Positions 22,752 to 37,200 of a stretch of 64,000 nt of DNA are shown in pieces. Where the stretch lies: contig OZ024743.1 of NCBI GenBank assembly GCA_964016885.1, forward strand, positions 114,080,001 to 114,144,000. Direction: 5' to 3'. The first letter of the stretch is position 1. Each line of letters starts with the position of its first letter. The stretch is from Eledone cirrhosa. Taxonomy: Eukaryota. The position numbers were made by a program, and so were the translations under genes. The notes beneath the pieces are model-generated. The model was not told where the DNA came from, ran no database searches, and saw only the letters and a program-made list of their open reading frames with translations.

Positions 22752-23571
22752 AATAAAGTACCAGTCATGCACTAGGTAATTGCTGGCCTTGTGCCAAAAG
22801 TAGAAACAATTATTATAATTATTATTATTATTATTATTTGCAGCATAGATAGTAGAAATCATTATTTGCAGCATCGAGTTACGGTCCGTTACGGTCTGAG
22901 TTCAGATCCAGCCGAGGTTAACTCCGCCTTTCATCCTTACGGGTTCGATAAAATAAAGTACCAGTAATGCACTGGGTAATTTGCTGGCCTTGTTCCAAAA
23001 GTAAAAACAATTATTAGGGGGTGTGGATTAGCAGTATCGGAAAAGCGTCGGATTTCATGCTTTGCGGCATCGAGTTACGGCCCTTTACGGTCTGAGTTCA
23101 AATCCCACCTAGGTTAACTTTGCCTTTCTTCCTCACGGGATCGATAAAATAAAGTACCAGTAGTGCACTAGAGTCAATTTAATCGACTTTCCCCTCCCCA
23201 AATTGCTGGCCTTGTGCCTATACTAGAAATTATTATTATTATTATTATTATTAGGGCGGTGGATTGGTAGTAGCAGTAGTGCGTCGAACACTATGCTTTG
23301 CGGCATCGAGTTACGGCCCTTTGCGTTCAAATCCCGCCGAGGTTAGCTTTGCCTTTCATCCTTACGGGGTCGATAAAATAAAGTACCAGTAATGCAATGA
23401 GTCGATTTAATCGACTTTCTCCCTCTCCAAATTGCTGCCCTTGAGCCTATAGTAGAAAGTCCGTTGAGCTTAACTTTGCCTTTCGTCCATACGGGGTCGA
23501 TAAAATAAAGCACTAGTAATGCACTGGGATAATTGCTGGCCTTGTGCGAAAAGTAGAAACAATTATTATTA
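22752..23571 (+). mobile_element. Head-to-tail cluster of five family-1 SINE copies (22752-22838, 22867-23016, 23017-23253, 23254-23459, 23466-23571) plus a tail stub at 22851-22866
   Basis: Each has AATAAAG(T/C)AC.AGT and TGCTG.CCTTG..C...A.TA.AAA; most end in (ATT)n abutting the next copy. Confidence 0.92.
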
Positions 23572-23623
23572 CCAGTAAATTGTTTGATGTATGTGTAAGA
23601 CAATATATGTTTGTATGCGGTAT

Positions 23624-23938
23624 GGAGGCACATGGCTTAGTGGTTAGAGCATTGGCCTTGCAATCGAAAGGTTGTGAGTTCAATTCTCAGACCGGGTGAT
23701 GTGTTGTTTCCTTGAGCAAGACACTTTATTTCCCATTGCTCCAGTTTACTCAGCTGTAGAAATGAGATGATAGGACTGAGGTGCCACGGCAAAAAAACAC
23801 CCAGTACTCACTGTAAATGAGGTTGGTGTTAGGAAGGGCATCCAGCTGTAGAAATCAAGCCAGAATCAGTTCCCGTCCCACCCTTGCAAGCAGGGAAAAG
23901 CGGACGTAAAATGAAATGATGATGACGATGATGATGAT
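23624..23938 (+). mobile_element. CORE-type tRNA-derived SINE with (GAT)n tail
   Basis: A-box TGGCTTAGTGG, B-box GAGTTCAATTC, CORE-like CCTTGAGCAAGACACTT, tail GCAAGCAGGGAAAAGCGGACGTAAAATGA..(GAT)n. Confidence 0.85.
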
Positions 23939-24065
23939 CTGGGAATGTGTAATTGGATCAATAACATAAAGAGAAGTGGGTATCAAAAATATAAATGATC
24001 TCTAGATCGTTTAGTGGTAGGAATGAGTGAGGGGAATGCGGTATGGTACCGTTGAATTTGGTACA

Positions 24066-24467
24066 GGTTGTTGTTTAGAGCCCCCACGTCTCACTCACCG
24101 TTGGGTCAACCCTTACTGAACAACACCTACGATCAATGACGTTACACTCATGACCATTACGTCTACTCCCTTCTCTTTCTTATCCTTTCTTCCTTTCAGT
24201 TTTTTTAAGCAGTGTACGATTTGGCTGCTATTTCTAGTAAAATAAGTGACCATATAAAGACGTGTTTTCTTCTGCTTGTTTCGTGACAGGCTGTGATTAA
24301 CAGGTCAACTCTTACTGACCACAATATATGATCAATGGAGCTAAAGACAGTACCATCCATCATTTAGTGAAGTAGAATTTGAGGTATATTTGGCTGCTAT
24401 TTCTAGCAAGTTGATGGCCACATAGACGTGTAATTCTTTTGTTTGTTGTCGGGCTGTGTGATTAACA
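24066..24467 (-). repeat. Two tandem copies of the unclassified ~200-bp repeat
   Basis: GGTCAAC.CTTACTGA at about 24104 and 24303; ATTTGGCTGCTATTTCTAG twice; both end GGCTGTG(TG)ATTAACA. Confidence 0.8.
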
Positions 24468-24509
24468 TCTCCAGTGAATGAATATTTTATTTAACTGCAA
24501 AGGCTTACA

Positions 24510-24615
24510 CATAGACACACATATGCGGGCATATATACTCACACATGTGGATACATGAGCAGCAGACTGACTCAAACACACACACACACACACACAGGCA
24601 GACACACTGATACAT

Positions 24616-24670
<55 letters not shown>

Positions 24671-26099
24671 CAGATACACTGATAGACACACATATGCGGG
24701 CATATATACTCACACATGTGGATACATGAGCAGCAGACTGACTCAAACACACACACACACACACACACACACAGGCAGATACACTGATAGACACACATAT
24801 GCGGGCATATATACACACACATGTGGATACATGAGTAGCAGACTGACTCAAACACACACACACACACACAGGCAGATACACTGATAGACACACATATGCG
24901 GGCATATATACACACACATGTGGATACATGAGCAGCAGACTGACTCAAACACACACACACACACACAGGCAGATACACTGATAGACACACATATGCGGGC
25001 ATATATACTCACACATGTGGATACATGAGCAGCAGACTGACTCAAACACACACACACACACACAGGCAGATACACTGATAGACACACATATGCGGGCATA
25101 TATACTCACACATGTGGATACATGAGCAGCAGACTGACTCAAACACACACACACACACACAGGCAGATACACTGATAGACACACATATGCGGGCATATAT
25201 ACTCACACATGTGGATACATGAGCAGCAGACTGACTCAAACACACACACACACAGGCAGATACACTGATAGACACACATATGCGGGCATATATACTCACA
25301 CATGTGGATACATGAGCAGCAGACTGACTCAAACACACACACACACACACAGGCAGATACACTGATAGACACACATATGCGGGCATATATACTCACACAT
25401 GTGGATACATGAGCAGCAGACTGACTCAAACACACACACACACAGGCAGATACACTGATAGACACACATATGCGGGCATATATACTCACACATGTGGATA
25501 CATGAGCAGCAGACTGACTCAAACACACACACACACAGGCAGATACACTGATAGACACACATATGCGGGCATATATACTCACACATGTGGATACATGAGC
25601 AGCAGACTGACTCAAACACACACACACACACACACAGGCAGATACACTGATAGAAACACATATGCGGGCATATATACACACACATGTGGATACATGAGCA
25701 GCAGACTGACTCAAACACACACACACACAGGCAGATACACTGATAGACACACATATGCGGGCATATATACTCACACATGTGGATACATGAGCAGCAGACT
25801 GACTCAAACACACACACACACACACAGGCAGATACACTGATAGACACACATATGCGGGCATATATACACACACATGTGGATACATGAGCAGCAGACTGAC
25901 TCAAACACACACACACACACACAGGCAGATACACTGATAGACACACATATGCGGGCATATATACACACACATGTGGATACATGAGCAGCAGACTGACTCA
26001 AACACACACACACACACACACACAGGCAGATACACTGATAGACACACATATGCGGGCATATATACTCACACATGTGGATACATGAGCAGCAGACTGACT

Positions 26100-26139
<40 letters not shown>

Positions 26140-26156
26140 CAGATACACTGATACAT

Positions 26157-26214
<58 letters not shown>

Positions 26215-26232
26215 GCAGATGCACTGATACAT

Positions 26233-26270
<38 letters not shown>
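24510..26270. repeat. Tandem array of 16 units, mostly 93-103 bp: 79-bp constant part plus variable (CA)n
   Basis: ATATGCGGGCATAT occurs 16 times; 97-bp spacing of ORF ends 24848/24945/25042/25139. Confidence 0.95.
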
Positions 26271-26277
<7 letters not shown>

Positions 26278-26672
26278 TAGATATACACACACATGCAAAA
26301 GATTATCACGGAGACACAGACATAGTCACACAGGTAGATACATACACTTACACACTGCACATTGTTATACATGCAGATACACTGACACATAGGTACACAG
26401 ATAGTTATACAGACATAGACACATACTCACACATACTCACATATACACACACATACACACACACACATACACACTCACACAGACACACTCACACATACAC
26501 ACACATACACACACATACAGACTCACACAGACACACTCATAGACACACTAAGGTAGATAAAATGACACACATACACAAGCATAGACTGATATAGAGAGAC
26601 ACACAGACACAGGGACAGATAGTCGTCACACATGCATAGATGCACAGATAGATACATGCAGGTAGAGAAAAT

Positions 26673-26712
<40 letters not shown>

Positions 26713-29700
26713 CACACACAGACAGAGTGACAAACACACACAGCCACACACACAGTCAGAGTGACAACCACACACAGCCACACACACAGACAGAGTGACA
26801 AACACACACAGCCACACACACAGACAGAGTGACAAACACACACAGCCACACACACAGACAGAGTGACAACCACACACAGCCGCACACAGAGACAAGGTGA
26901 CATACACACACAGCCACACACACAGACAGAGTGACATACACACACAGCCACACACACAGACAGAGTGACAACCACACACAGCCACACACAGACAGAGTGA
27001 CAACCACACACAGCCACATACACAGACAGAGTGACAAACACACACAGCCACACACACAGACAGAGTGACAAACACACACAGCCACAGACACAGACAGAGT
27101 GACAACCACACACAGCCGCACACAGAGACAAGGTGACATACACACACAGCCACACACACAGACAGAGTGACAACCACACACAGCCACACACAGACAGAGT
27201 GACAACCACACACAGCCGCACACAGACAGAGTGACAAACACACACAGCCACACACACAGACAGAGTGACAAACACACACAGCCACACACACAGACAGAGT
27301 GACAAACACACACAGCCACACACACAGACAGAGTAACATACACACATAGCCACACACACAGACAGAGTGACATACACACACAGCCACACACACAGACAGA
27401 GTGACAAACACACACAGCCACACACACAGATAGAGTGACAAACACACACAGCCACACACAGACAGAGTGACAAACACACACAACCACACACACAGACAGA
27501 GTGACAAACACACACAGCCACACACACAGACAGAGTGACAAACACACACAGCCACACACAGCCACACACAGCCACACACAGACAGAGTGACAACCACACA
27601 CAGACACACACACAGACAGAGTGACATACACACACAGCCACACACACAGACAGAGTGACAAACACACACAGCCACACACACAGACAGAGTGACAAACACA
27701 CACAGCCACACACACAGACAGAGTGACAAACACACACAGCCACACACACAGACAGAGTGACAAACACACACAGCCACACACAGCCACACACAGCCACACA
27801 CAGACAGAGTGACAACCACACACAGACACACACACAGACAGAGTGACATACACACACAGCCACACACACAGACAGAGTGACAAACACACACAGCCACACA
27901 CACAGACAGAGTGACAAACACACACAGCCACACACACAGACAGAGTGACAAACACACACAGCCACACACACAGACAGAGTGACAAACACACACAACCACA
28001 CACAGACAGAGTGACATACACACACAGCCACACAAACAGACAGAGTGACAAACACACACAGCTACACACAGACAGAGTGACATACACACACAGCCACACA
28101 CACAGACAGAGTGACATACACACACAGCCACACACACAGACAGAGTGACATACACACACAGCCACACACACACAGAGATTGATAAACACACACAGCCACA
28201 CACACAGATAGAGTGACAAACACACACAGCCACACACACAGAAAGTGTGACAAACACACACAGCCACACACACAGATAGAGTGACAAACACAAACAGCCA
28301 CACACACAGACAGAGTGACAACCACACACAACCACACACACAGACAGAGTGACATACACATATAGACACACACACAGCCACACACACAGACAGAGTGACA
28401 AACACACACAGACAGAGTGACAACCACACACAGCCACACACACAGACAGAGTGACAACCACACACAGCCACACACACAGACAGAGTGACAAACACACACA
28501 ACCACACACACAGATAGAGTGACAAACACACACAGCCACACACACAGACAGATTGACAACCACACACAGCCACACACACAGACACACACACGGACAGAGT
28601 AACAAACACACACACACACACACAGGCAGAGTGACAAACACACACAGACAGAGTGACAAACACACACAGCCACACACACAGACAGAGTGATATATACACA
28701 CACACACACAGACAGAGTGACAAACACACACACACACACAGACATAGTGAGAAACACACACACACACACACACAGACAGAGTGATAAACACACACAGACA
28801 GAGTGACAAACACACACAGAGAGAGTGACAACCACACACACAGCCACACACAGACACACACACAGACAGAGTGACAAACACACACAGACACACAGACATA
28901 CACACACACAGCCACACACACAGACAGAGTGACAACCACACACAGACATACACACAGACAGAGTGACATACACACAAACACACACACACAGACAGAGTGA
29001 CAAACACACACAGACACACACACAAACAGAGTTACAACCACACACAGACACACACACAGACAGAGAGACATACACACAAACACACACACACAGACAGAGT
29101 GACAACCACACACAGCCACACACACAGACAGAGTGACAACCACACACAGACACAGACACAGACAGAGTGACAACCACACACAAAAACACACACAGACCGA
29201 GTGACAACCACACACAGACACACACACAGACAGAGTGAAACCACACACAGAAACACACACAGACAGAGTGACATACACACACACACACACACACACAGAC
29301 AGAGTGACAAACACACACACAGACAGAGTGACAAACACACACAGTCACACACCCAGACAGAGTGACAACCACACACAACCACACACACAGACAGAGTGAC
29401 ATACACATATAGACACACACACAGCCACACACACAGACACACACACAGACAGAGTGACAAACACACACAGACACACACACAGACAGAGTGACAAACACAC
29501 ACAGCCACACACACAGACAGAGTGACATACACACACAACCACACACACAGACAGAGTGACAAACACACACAGCCACACACACAGACAGAGTGACATACAC
29601 ACACAGCCACACACACAGACAGAGTGACAACCACACACAGCCACACACACAGATAGAGTGACAAACACACGCAACCACACACACAGACAGAGTGACAAAC

Positions 29701-32700
29701 ACACACAGCCACACACACAGACAGAGTGACATACACACACAACCACACACACAGACAGAGTGACAAACACACCCAGCCACACACACAGATAGAGTGACAA
29801 ACACACACAGCCACACACACACAGACAGAATAACAAACACACACACACGCACACACACAGACAGAGTGACATACACACACAGCCACACAGACAGAGTGAC
29901 AACCACACACAGCCACACACACAGACAGAGTGACAAACACACACAGCCAAACACACAGACAGAGTGACATACACACACAGCCACAGACACAGACAGAGTG
30001 ACAAACACACACAGCCACAAACACAGACAGAGTGACAAACACACACAGCCACTCAGACAGACAGAGTGACATACACACACAGCCACACACACAGACAGAG
30101 TGACAAACACACAGCCACAAACACAGACAGAGTGACAAACACACACAGCCACTCACACAGACAGAGTGACATACACACACAGCCACACACAGACAGAGTG
30201 ACATACACACACAGCCACACACACAGACAGAGTGACAAACACACACAGCCGCACACAGAGACAGAGTGACATACACACACAGCCACACATACAGATAGAG
30301 TGACAAACACACACAGACACACACACAGATAGAGTGACAAACACACGCAGCCACACACACAGATAGAGTGACAAACACACACAACCACACACACAGACAG
30401 CGTGACAACCACACGCAGCCACACACACAGATAGAGTGACAAACACACACAGCCGCACACACAGACAGAGTGACAAACACACACAGCCACACACAGCCAC
30501 ACACACAGACAGAGTGACAAACACACACAGCCACACAAACAGACAGAGTGACAAACACACACAGCCACACACAGACAGAGTGACATACACACACAGCCAC
30601 ACACACAGACAGAGTGACATACACACACAGACACACACACAGAGTGACATACACACACAGCCACGCACACAGACAGAGTGATAAACACACACAGCCACAC
30701 ACACAGACAGAGTGACAAACACACACAGCCACACACACAGACAGAGTGACATACACACACAGCCACACACACACAGAGAGTGATAAACACACACAGCCAC
30801 ACACAGAGACAGAGTGACAAAAACACACAGCCACACACACAGACAGAGTGATAAACACACACAGCCACACACACAGACAGTGTGACAAACACACACAGCC
30901 ATACACAGACAGAGTGACAAACACACACAGCCACACACACAGACAGTGTGACAAACACACACAGCCATACACAGACAGAGTGATAAACACACACAGCCAC
31001 ACACACAGACAGTGTGAGAAACACACACAGCCATACACAGACAGAGTGACAAACACACACAGCCACACACACAGATAGAGTGACAACCACACACAACCAC
31101 ACACACAGACAGAGTGACATACACATATAGACGCACACACAGCCACACACACAGACACACACACAGACAGAGTGACAAACACACACAGCCACACACACAG
31201 ACAGAGTGACAACCATACACAGCCACACACACAGATAGAGTGACAAACACACGCAACCACACACACAGACAGAGTGACAAAAACACACAGCCACACACAC
31301 AGATAGAGTGACAAACACACGCAACCACACACACACAGACAGAGTGACAAACACACACAGCCACACACACGGACACACACACAGACAGAGTGACAACCAC
31401 ACCCAGCCACACACACAGTCAGAGTGACAACCACACACAGCCACACACACAGACAGAATGACAACCACACACAGCCACACACACAGACAGAGGGACAAAC
31501 ACACACAGCCACACACACAGACAGAGTGACAAACACACACAGCCACACACACAGATAGAGTGACATACACAAACAGCCACACACACAGACAGAGTGACAT
31601 ACACACACAGCCACACACACAGACAGAGTGACAAACACACACAGCCAAACACACAGACACAGTGACATACACACACAGCCACACATACAGACAGAGTGAC
31701 ATACACACACAGCCACACACACAGACAGTGTGACATACACACACAGCCACACACACAGATAGAGTGACATACACACACAGCCACACACACAGATAGAGTG
31801 ACATACACACACAGCCACACACACAGACAGAGTGACATACACACACAGCCACACCCACAGACAGAGTGACATACACACACAGCCACACACACAGACAGAG
31901 TGACATACACACACAGCCACACACACAGACAGAGTGACATATACACACAGCCACACACACAGATAGAGTGACATACACACACAGCCACACAAACAGACAG
32001 AGTGACATACACACACAGCCACACACACAGACAGAGTGACATACACACACAGCCACACACACAGACAGAGTGACATACACACACAGCCACACACACAGAC
32101 AGAGTGACATACACACACAGCCACACACACAGATAGAGTGACATACACACACAGCCACACACACAGACAGAGTGACATACACACACAGCCACACCCACAG
32201 ACAGAGTGACATACACACACAGCCACACACACAGACAGAGTGACATACACACACAGACACACACACAGACAGAGTGACATACACACACAGCCACACACAC
32301 AGATAGAGTGACATACACACACAGCTACACACACAGACAGAGTGACATACACACACAGCCAGAGTGACAACCACACACAGCCTCACAGAGACAGAGTGAC
32401 ATACACACACAGCCACACACACAGACAGAGTGTCATACACACACAGCCAGAGTGACAACCACACACAGCCTCACAGAGACAGAGTGACATACACACACAG
32501 CCACACACACAGCCAGAGTGACAACCACACACAGCCTCACAGAGACAGAGTGACATACACACACAGCCACACACACAGACAGTGTGACATACACACACAG
32601 CCACACACACAGACAGAGTGACATATACACACAGCCACACACACAGACAGACAGAGTGACAAACACACACAGCCACACACACAGACAGAGTGACAAACAC

Positions 32701-34195
32701 ACACAGCCACACACACAGACAGAGTGACATACACACACAGCCAAACACACAGACAGAGTGACATACACACACAGCCATACACACAGACAGAGTGACAAAC
32801 ACACACAGCCACACACACAGTCAGAGTGACAAACACACACAGCCACACACACAGACAGAGTGACAAACACAAACAGACAGAGTGACAAACACAAACAGAC
32901 AGAGAGACAAACACACACAGCCTCACACACAGACAGAGTGACATACACACACAGCCACACACACAGACAGAGTGACAAACACACATAGCCACACACACAG
33001 ACAGAGTGACAAATACACACAGACACACACACAGACAGAGTGACATACAAACACAGCCACACACACAGACAGAGTGACAAACACACACAGACACACACAG
33101 ACAGAGTGACATACACACACAGCCACACAAACAGACAGAGTGACAAACACACACAGCCACACACACAGACAGAGTGACAAACACACACAGCCACACACAC
33201 AGACAGAGTGACAAATACACACACAGCCACACACAGACAGAGTGACATACACACTCAGCCACACACAGAGACAGAGTGACAAACACACACAGCCACACAC
33301 AAAGACAGAGTGACAAATACACACACAGCCACACACAGACAGAGTGACATACACACACAGCCACACACAGACAGAGTGACAAACACACACAGCCACACAC
33401 AGCCACACACACAAACAGAGTGACATACACACACAGCCACATACACACAGACAGAGTGACAAACACACACAGCCACACACAGCCACACACACAGACAGAG
33501 TGACATACACACACAGCCACACACACACAGACAGAGTGACAAACACACACAGCCACACACAGCCACACACACAGACAGAGTGACATACACACACAGCCAC
33601 ACACACAGACAGAGTGACAAACACACACAGCCACACACACAGACAGAGTGACAAACACACACAGTCACACACACAGACAGAGTGACAAACAAACACAGCC
33701 ACACACACAGAGTGACATACACACACAGCCACACACACAGACAGAGTGACAATCACACACAGCCACACACACAGACAGAGTGACAACCACACACAGCCAC
33801 ACACACAGACAGAGTGACAAACACACACAGACACACACACAGACAGAGTGACATACACACAGAGCCACACACAGACAGAGTGACAAACACACACAGCCAC
33901 ACACAGCCACACACACGGACAGAGTGACAAACACACACAGCCACACACAGCCACACACACAGACAGAGTAACAAACAAACACAGCCACACACACAGAGTG
34001 ACAAACACACACAGCCACACACACAGACAGAGTGACAACCACACACAGCCACACACACAGACAGAGTGACAAACACACACACACACACAGACAGAGTGAC
34101 ATACACACAGAGCCACACACAGACAGAGTGACAAATACACACAGCCACACACACAGCCAGAGTGACAGACACACAGCCACGCACACAGACAGAGT

Positions 34196-34227
<32 letters not shown>

Positions 34228-37200
34228 GAGTGACATAAACACAGAGCCACACACAGCCAGAGTGACAAACACACACAGCCTGAGTGACAGACACACAGCC
34301 ACACACACGGACAGAGTGACATACACACAGCCACACACACAGACAGAGTGACAAACACACACAGCCACACACACAGACAGAGTGATATACACACACAGCC
34401 ACACACACAGACAGAGTGGCATACACACACAGCCACACACACAGACAGAGGGACAAACACACACAGCCACACACACAGACAGAGTGACATACACACACAG
34501 CCACACACACAGACAGAGTTACAAACACACACAGCCACACACACACAGACAGAGTGACAAACGCACACACCCACACACACAGACAGAGTGACAAACACAC
34601 ACACCCACACACACAGACAGAGTGAAAAACACACACAGCCACACACACAGACAGAGTGACAAACACACACAACCACACAGACAGAGTGACAAACACACAC
34701 AGCCACAGACACAGACAGACAGAGTGACAAACACACACAGCCACACACACAGACAGAGTGACAAACAAACAGAGCCACACACAGACAGAGTGACATACAC
34801 ACACAGCCACACACACAGACAGAGTTACAAACACACACAGCCACACACACAGACAGAGTGACATACACACACAGCCACACACACAGACAGAGTGACATAC
34901 ACACACAGCCACACACACAGACAGACAGAGTGACAAACACACACAGCCACACACACAGACAGAGTGACAAAGAAACACAGCCACACACAGACAGAGTGAC
35001 ATACACACACAGCCAGAGTGACAACCACACACAGCCTCACAGAGACAGAGTAACATACACACACAGCCACACACACAGACAGAGTGACAAACACACACAG
35101 CCACCCACACAGACAGAGTGACATACACACACAGCCACACACACAGACAGAGTGACATACACACACAGACAGAGTGACAAACACACACAGCCACACACAC
35201 AGACAGAGTGACATACACACACAGCCACACACACAGACAGAGTGACATACACACACAGACAGAGTGACAAACACACACAGCCACACACAGAGACAGAGTG
35301 ACAAACACACACAGACAGAGTGACAAACACACACAGCCACACACACAGACAGAGTGACATACACACACAGCCACACACACAGACAGAGTGACATACACAC
35401 ACAGCCACACACACAGACAGACAGAGTGACAAACACACACAGCCACACACACAGACAGAGTGACATACACACACAGCCACACACACAGACAGAGTGACAT
35501 ACACACACAGCCACACACACAGACAGAGTGACAAACACACACAGACACACACACAGACAGAGTGACAAACACACACAGACACACACACAGGCAGTGTGAC
35601 ATACACACACAGCTACACACACAGACAGAGTGACATACACACACAGCCAGAGTGACAACCACACACAGCCTCACAGAGACAGAGTGACATACACACACAG
35701 CCACACACACAGACAGAGTGTCATACACACACAGCCAGAGTGACAACCACACACAGCCTCACAGAGACAGAGTGACATACACACACAGCCACACACACAG
35801 CCAGAGTGACAACCACACACAGCCTCACAGAGACAGAGTGACATACACACACAGCCACACACACAGACAGAGTGTCATACACACACAGCCAGAGTGACAA
35901 CCACACACAGCCTCACAGAGACAGAGTGACATACACACACAGCCACACACACAGCCAGAATGACAACCACACACAGCCTCACAGAGACAGAGTGACATAC
36001 ACACACAGCCACACACACAGCCAGAGTGTCAACCACACACAGCCTCACAGAGACAGAGTGACATACACACACAGCCACACACACAGACAGTGTGACATAC
36101 ACACACAGCCACACACACAGACAGAGTGACATACACACACAGCCACACACACAGACAGACAGAGTGACAAACACACACAGCCACACACACAGACAGAGTG
36201 ACAAACACACACAGCCACACACACAGACAGAGTGACATACAAACACAGCCACACACACAGACAGAGTGACAAACACACACAGCCACACACACAGACAGAG
36301 TGACAAACACACACAGCCACACACACAGACAGAGTGACATACACACACAGCCAAACACACAGACAGAGTGACATACACACACAGCCACACACACAGACAG
36401 AGTGACAAACACACACAGCCACACACACAGACAGAGTGACAAACACACACAGCCACACACACAGACAGAGTGACAAACACACACAGCCACACACACAGAC
36501 AGAGTGACAAACACACACAGCCACACACACAGACAGAGTGACAAACACAAACAGACACACACACAGACAGAGTGACAAACACAAACAGCCATACACACAG
36601 ACAGAGTGACAAACACACACAGACACATACACAGGCAGTGTGACATACACACACAGCCACACACACAGACAGAGTGACATACACACACAGCCACACACAC
36701 AGACAGAGTGACATACACACACAGCCACACACACAGACAGAGTGACAAACACACACAGCCACACACACAGACAGAGTGACAAACACACACAGACACACAC
36801 ACAGGCAGTGTGACATACACACACAGCCAGAGTGACAACCACACACAGACACATACACAGGCAGTGTGACATACACACACAGCCACACACACAGACAGAG
36901 TGACATACACACACAGCCACACACAGACAGAGTGACAAACACACATAGCCACACACACAGACAGAGTGACAAATACACACAGACACACACACAGACAGAG
37001 TGACAAACACACACAGCCACAAACACAGACAGAGTGACATACACACACAGACAGAGTGACAAACACACACAGCCACACACACAGACAGAGTGACAACCAC
37101 ACACACAGAGTGACAAACACACACAGACACACACACAGGCACAGTGACATACACACACGGCCACACACACAGATAGAGTGACAAACACATACAGCCAAAC

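Noticed and set aside
23624-23695. tRNA gene
   Set aside because: A and B boxes run directly into a CORE-like domain and retro-tail, so it is a SINE head
24462-26390. Cys-rich repeat ORFs (CCSCIHMC..CPHMC..QC) resembling metallothionein or keratin-associated proteins
   Set aside because: Variable (CA)n shifts the frame between units and TGA recurs; no coding constraint
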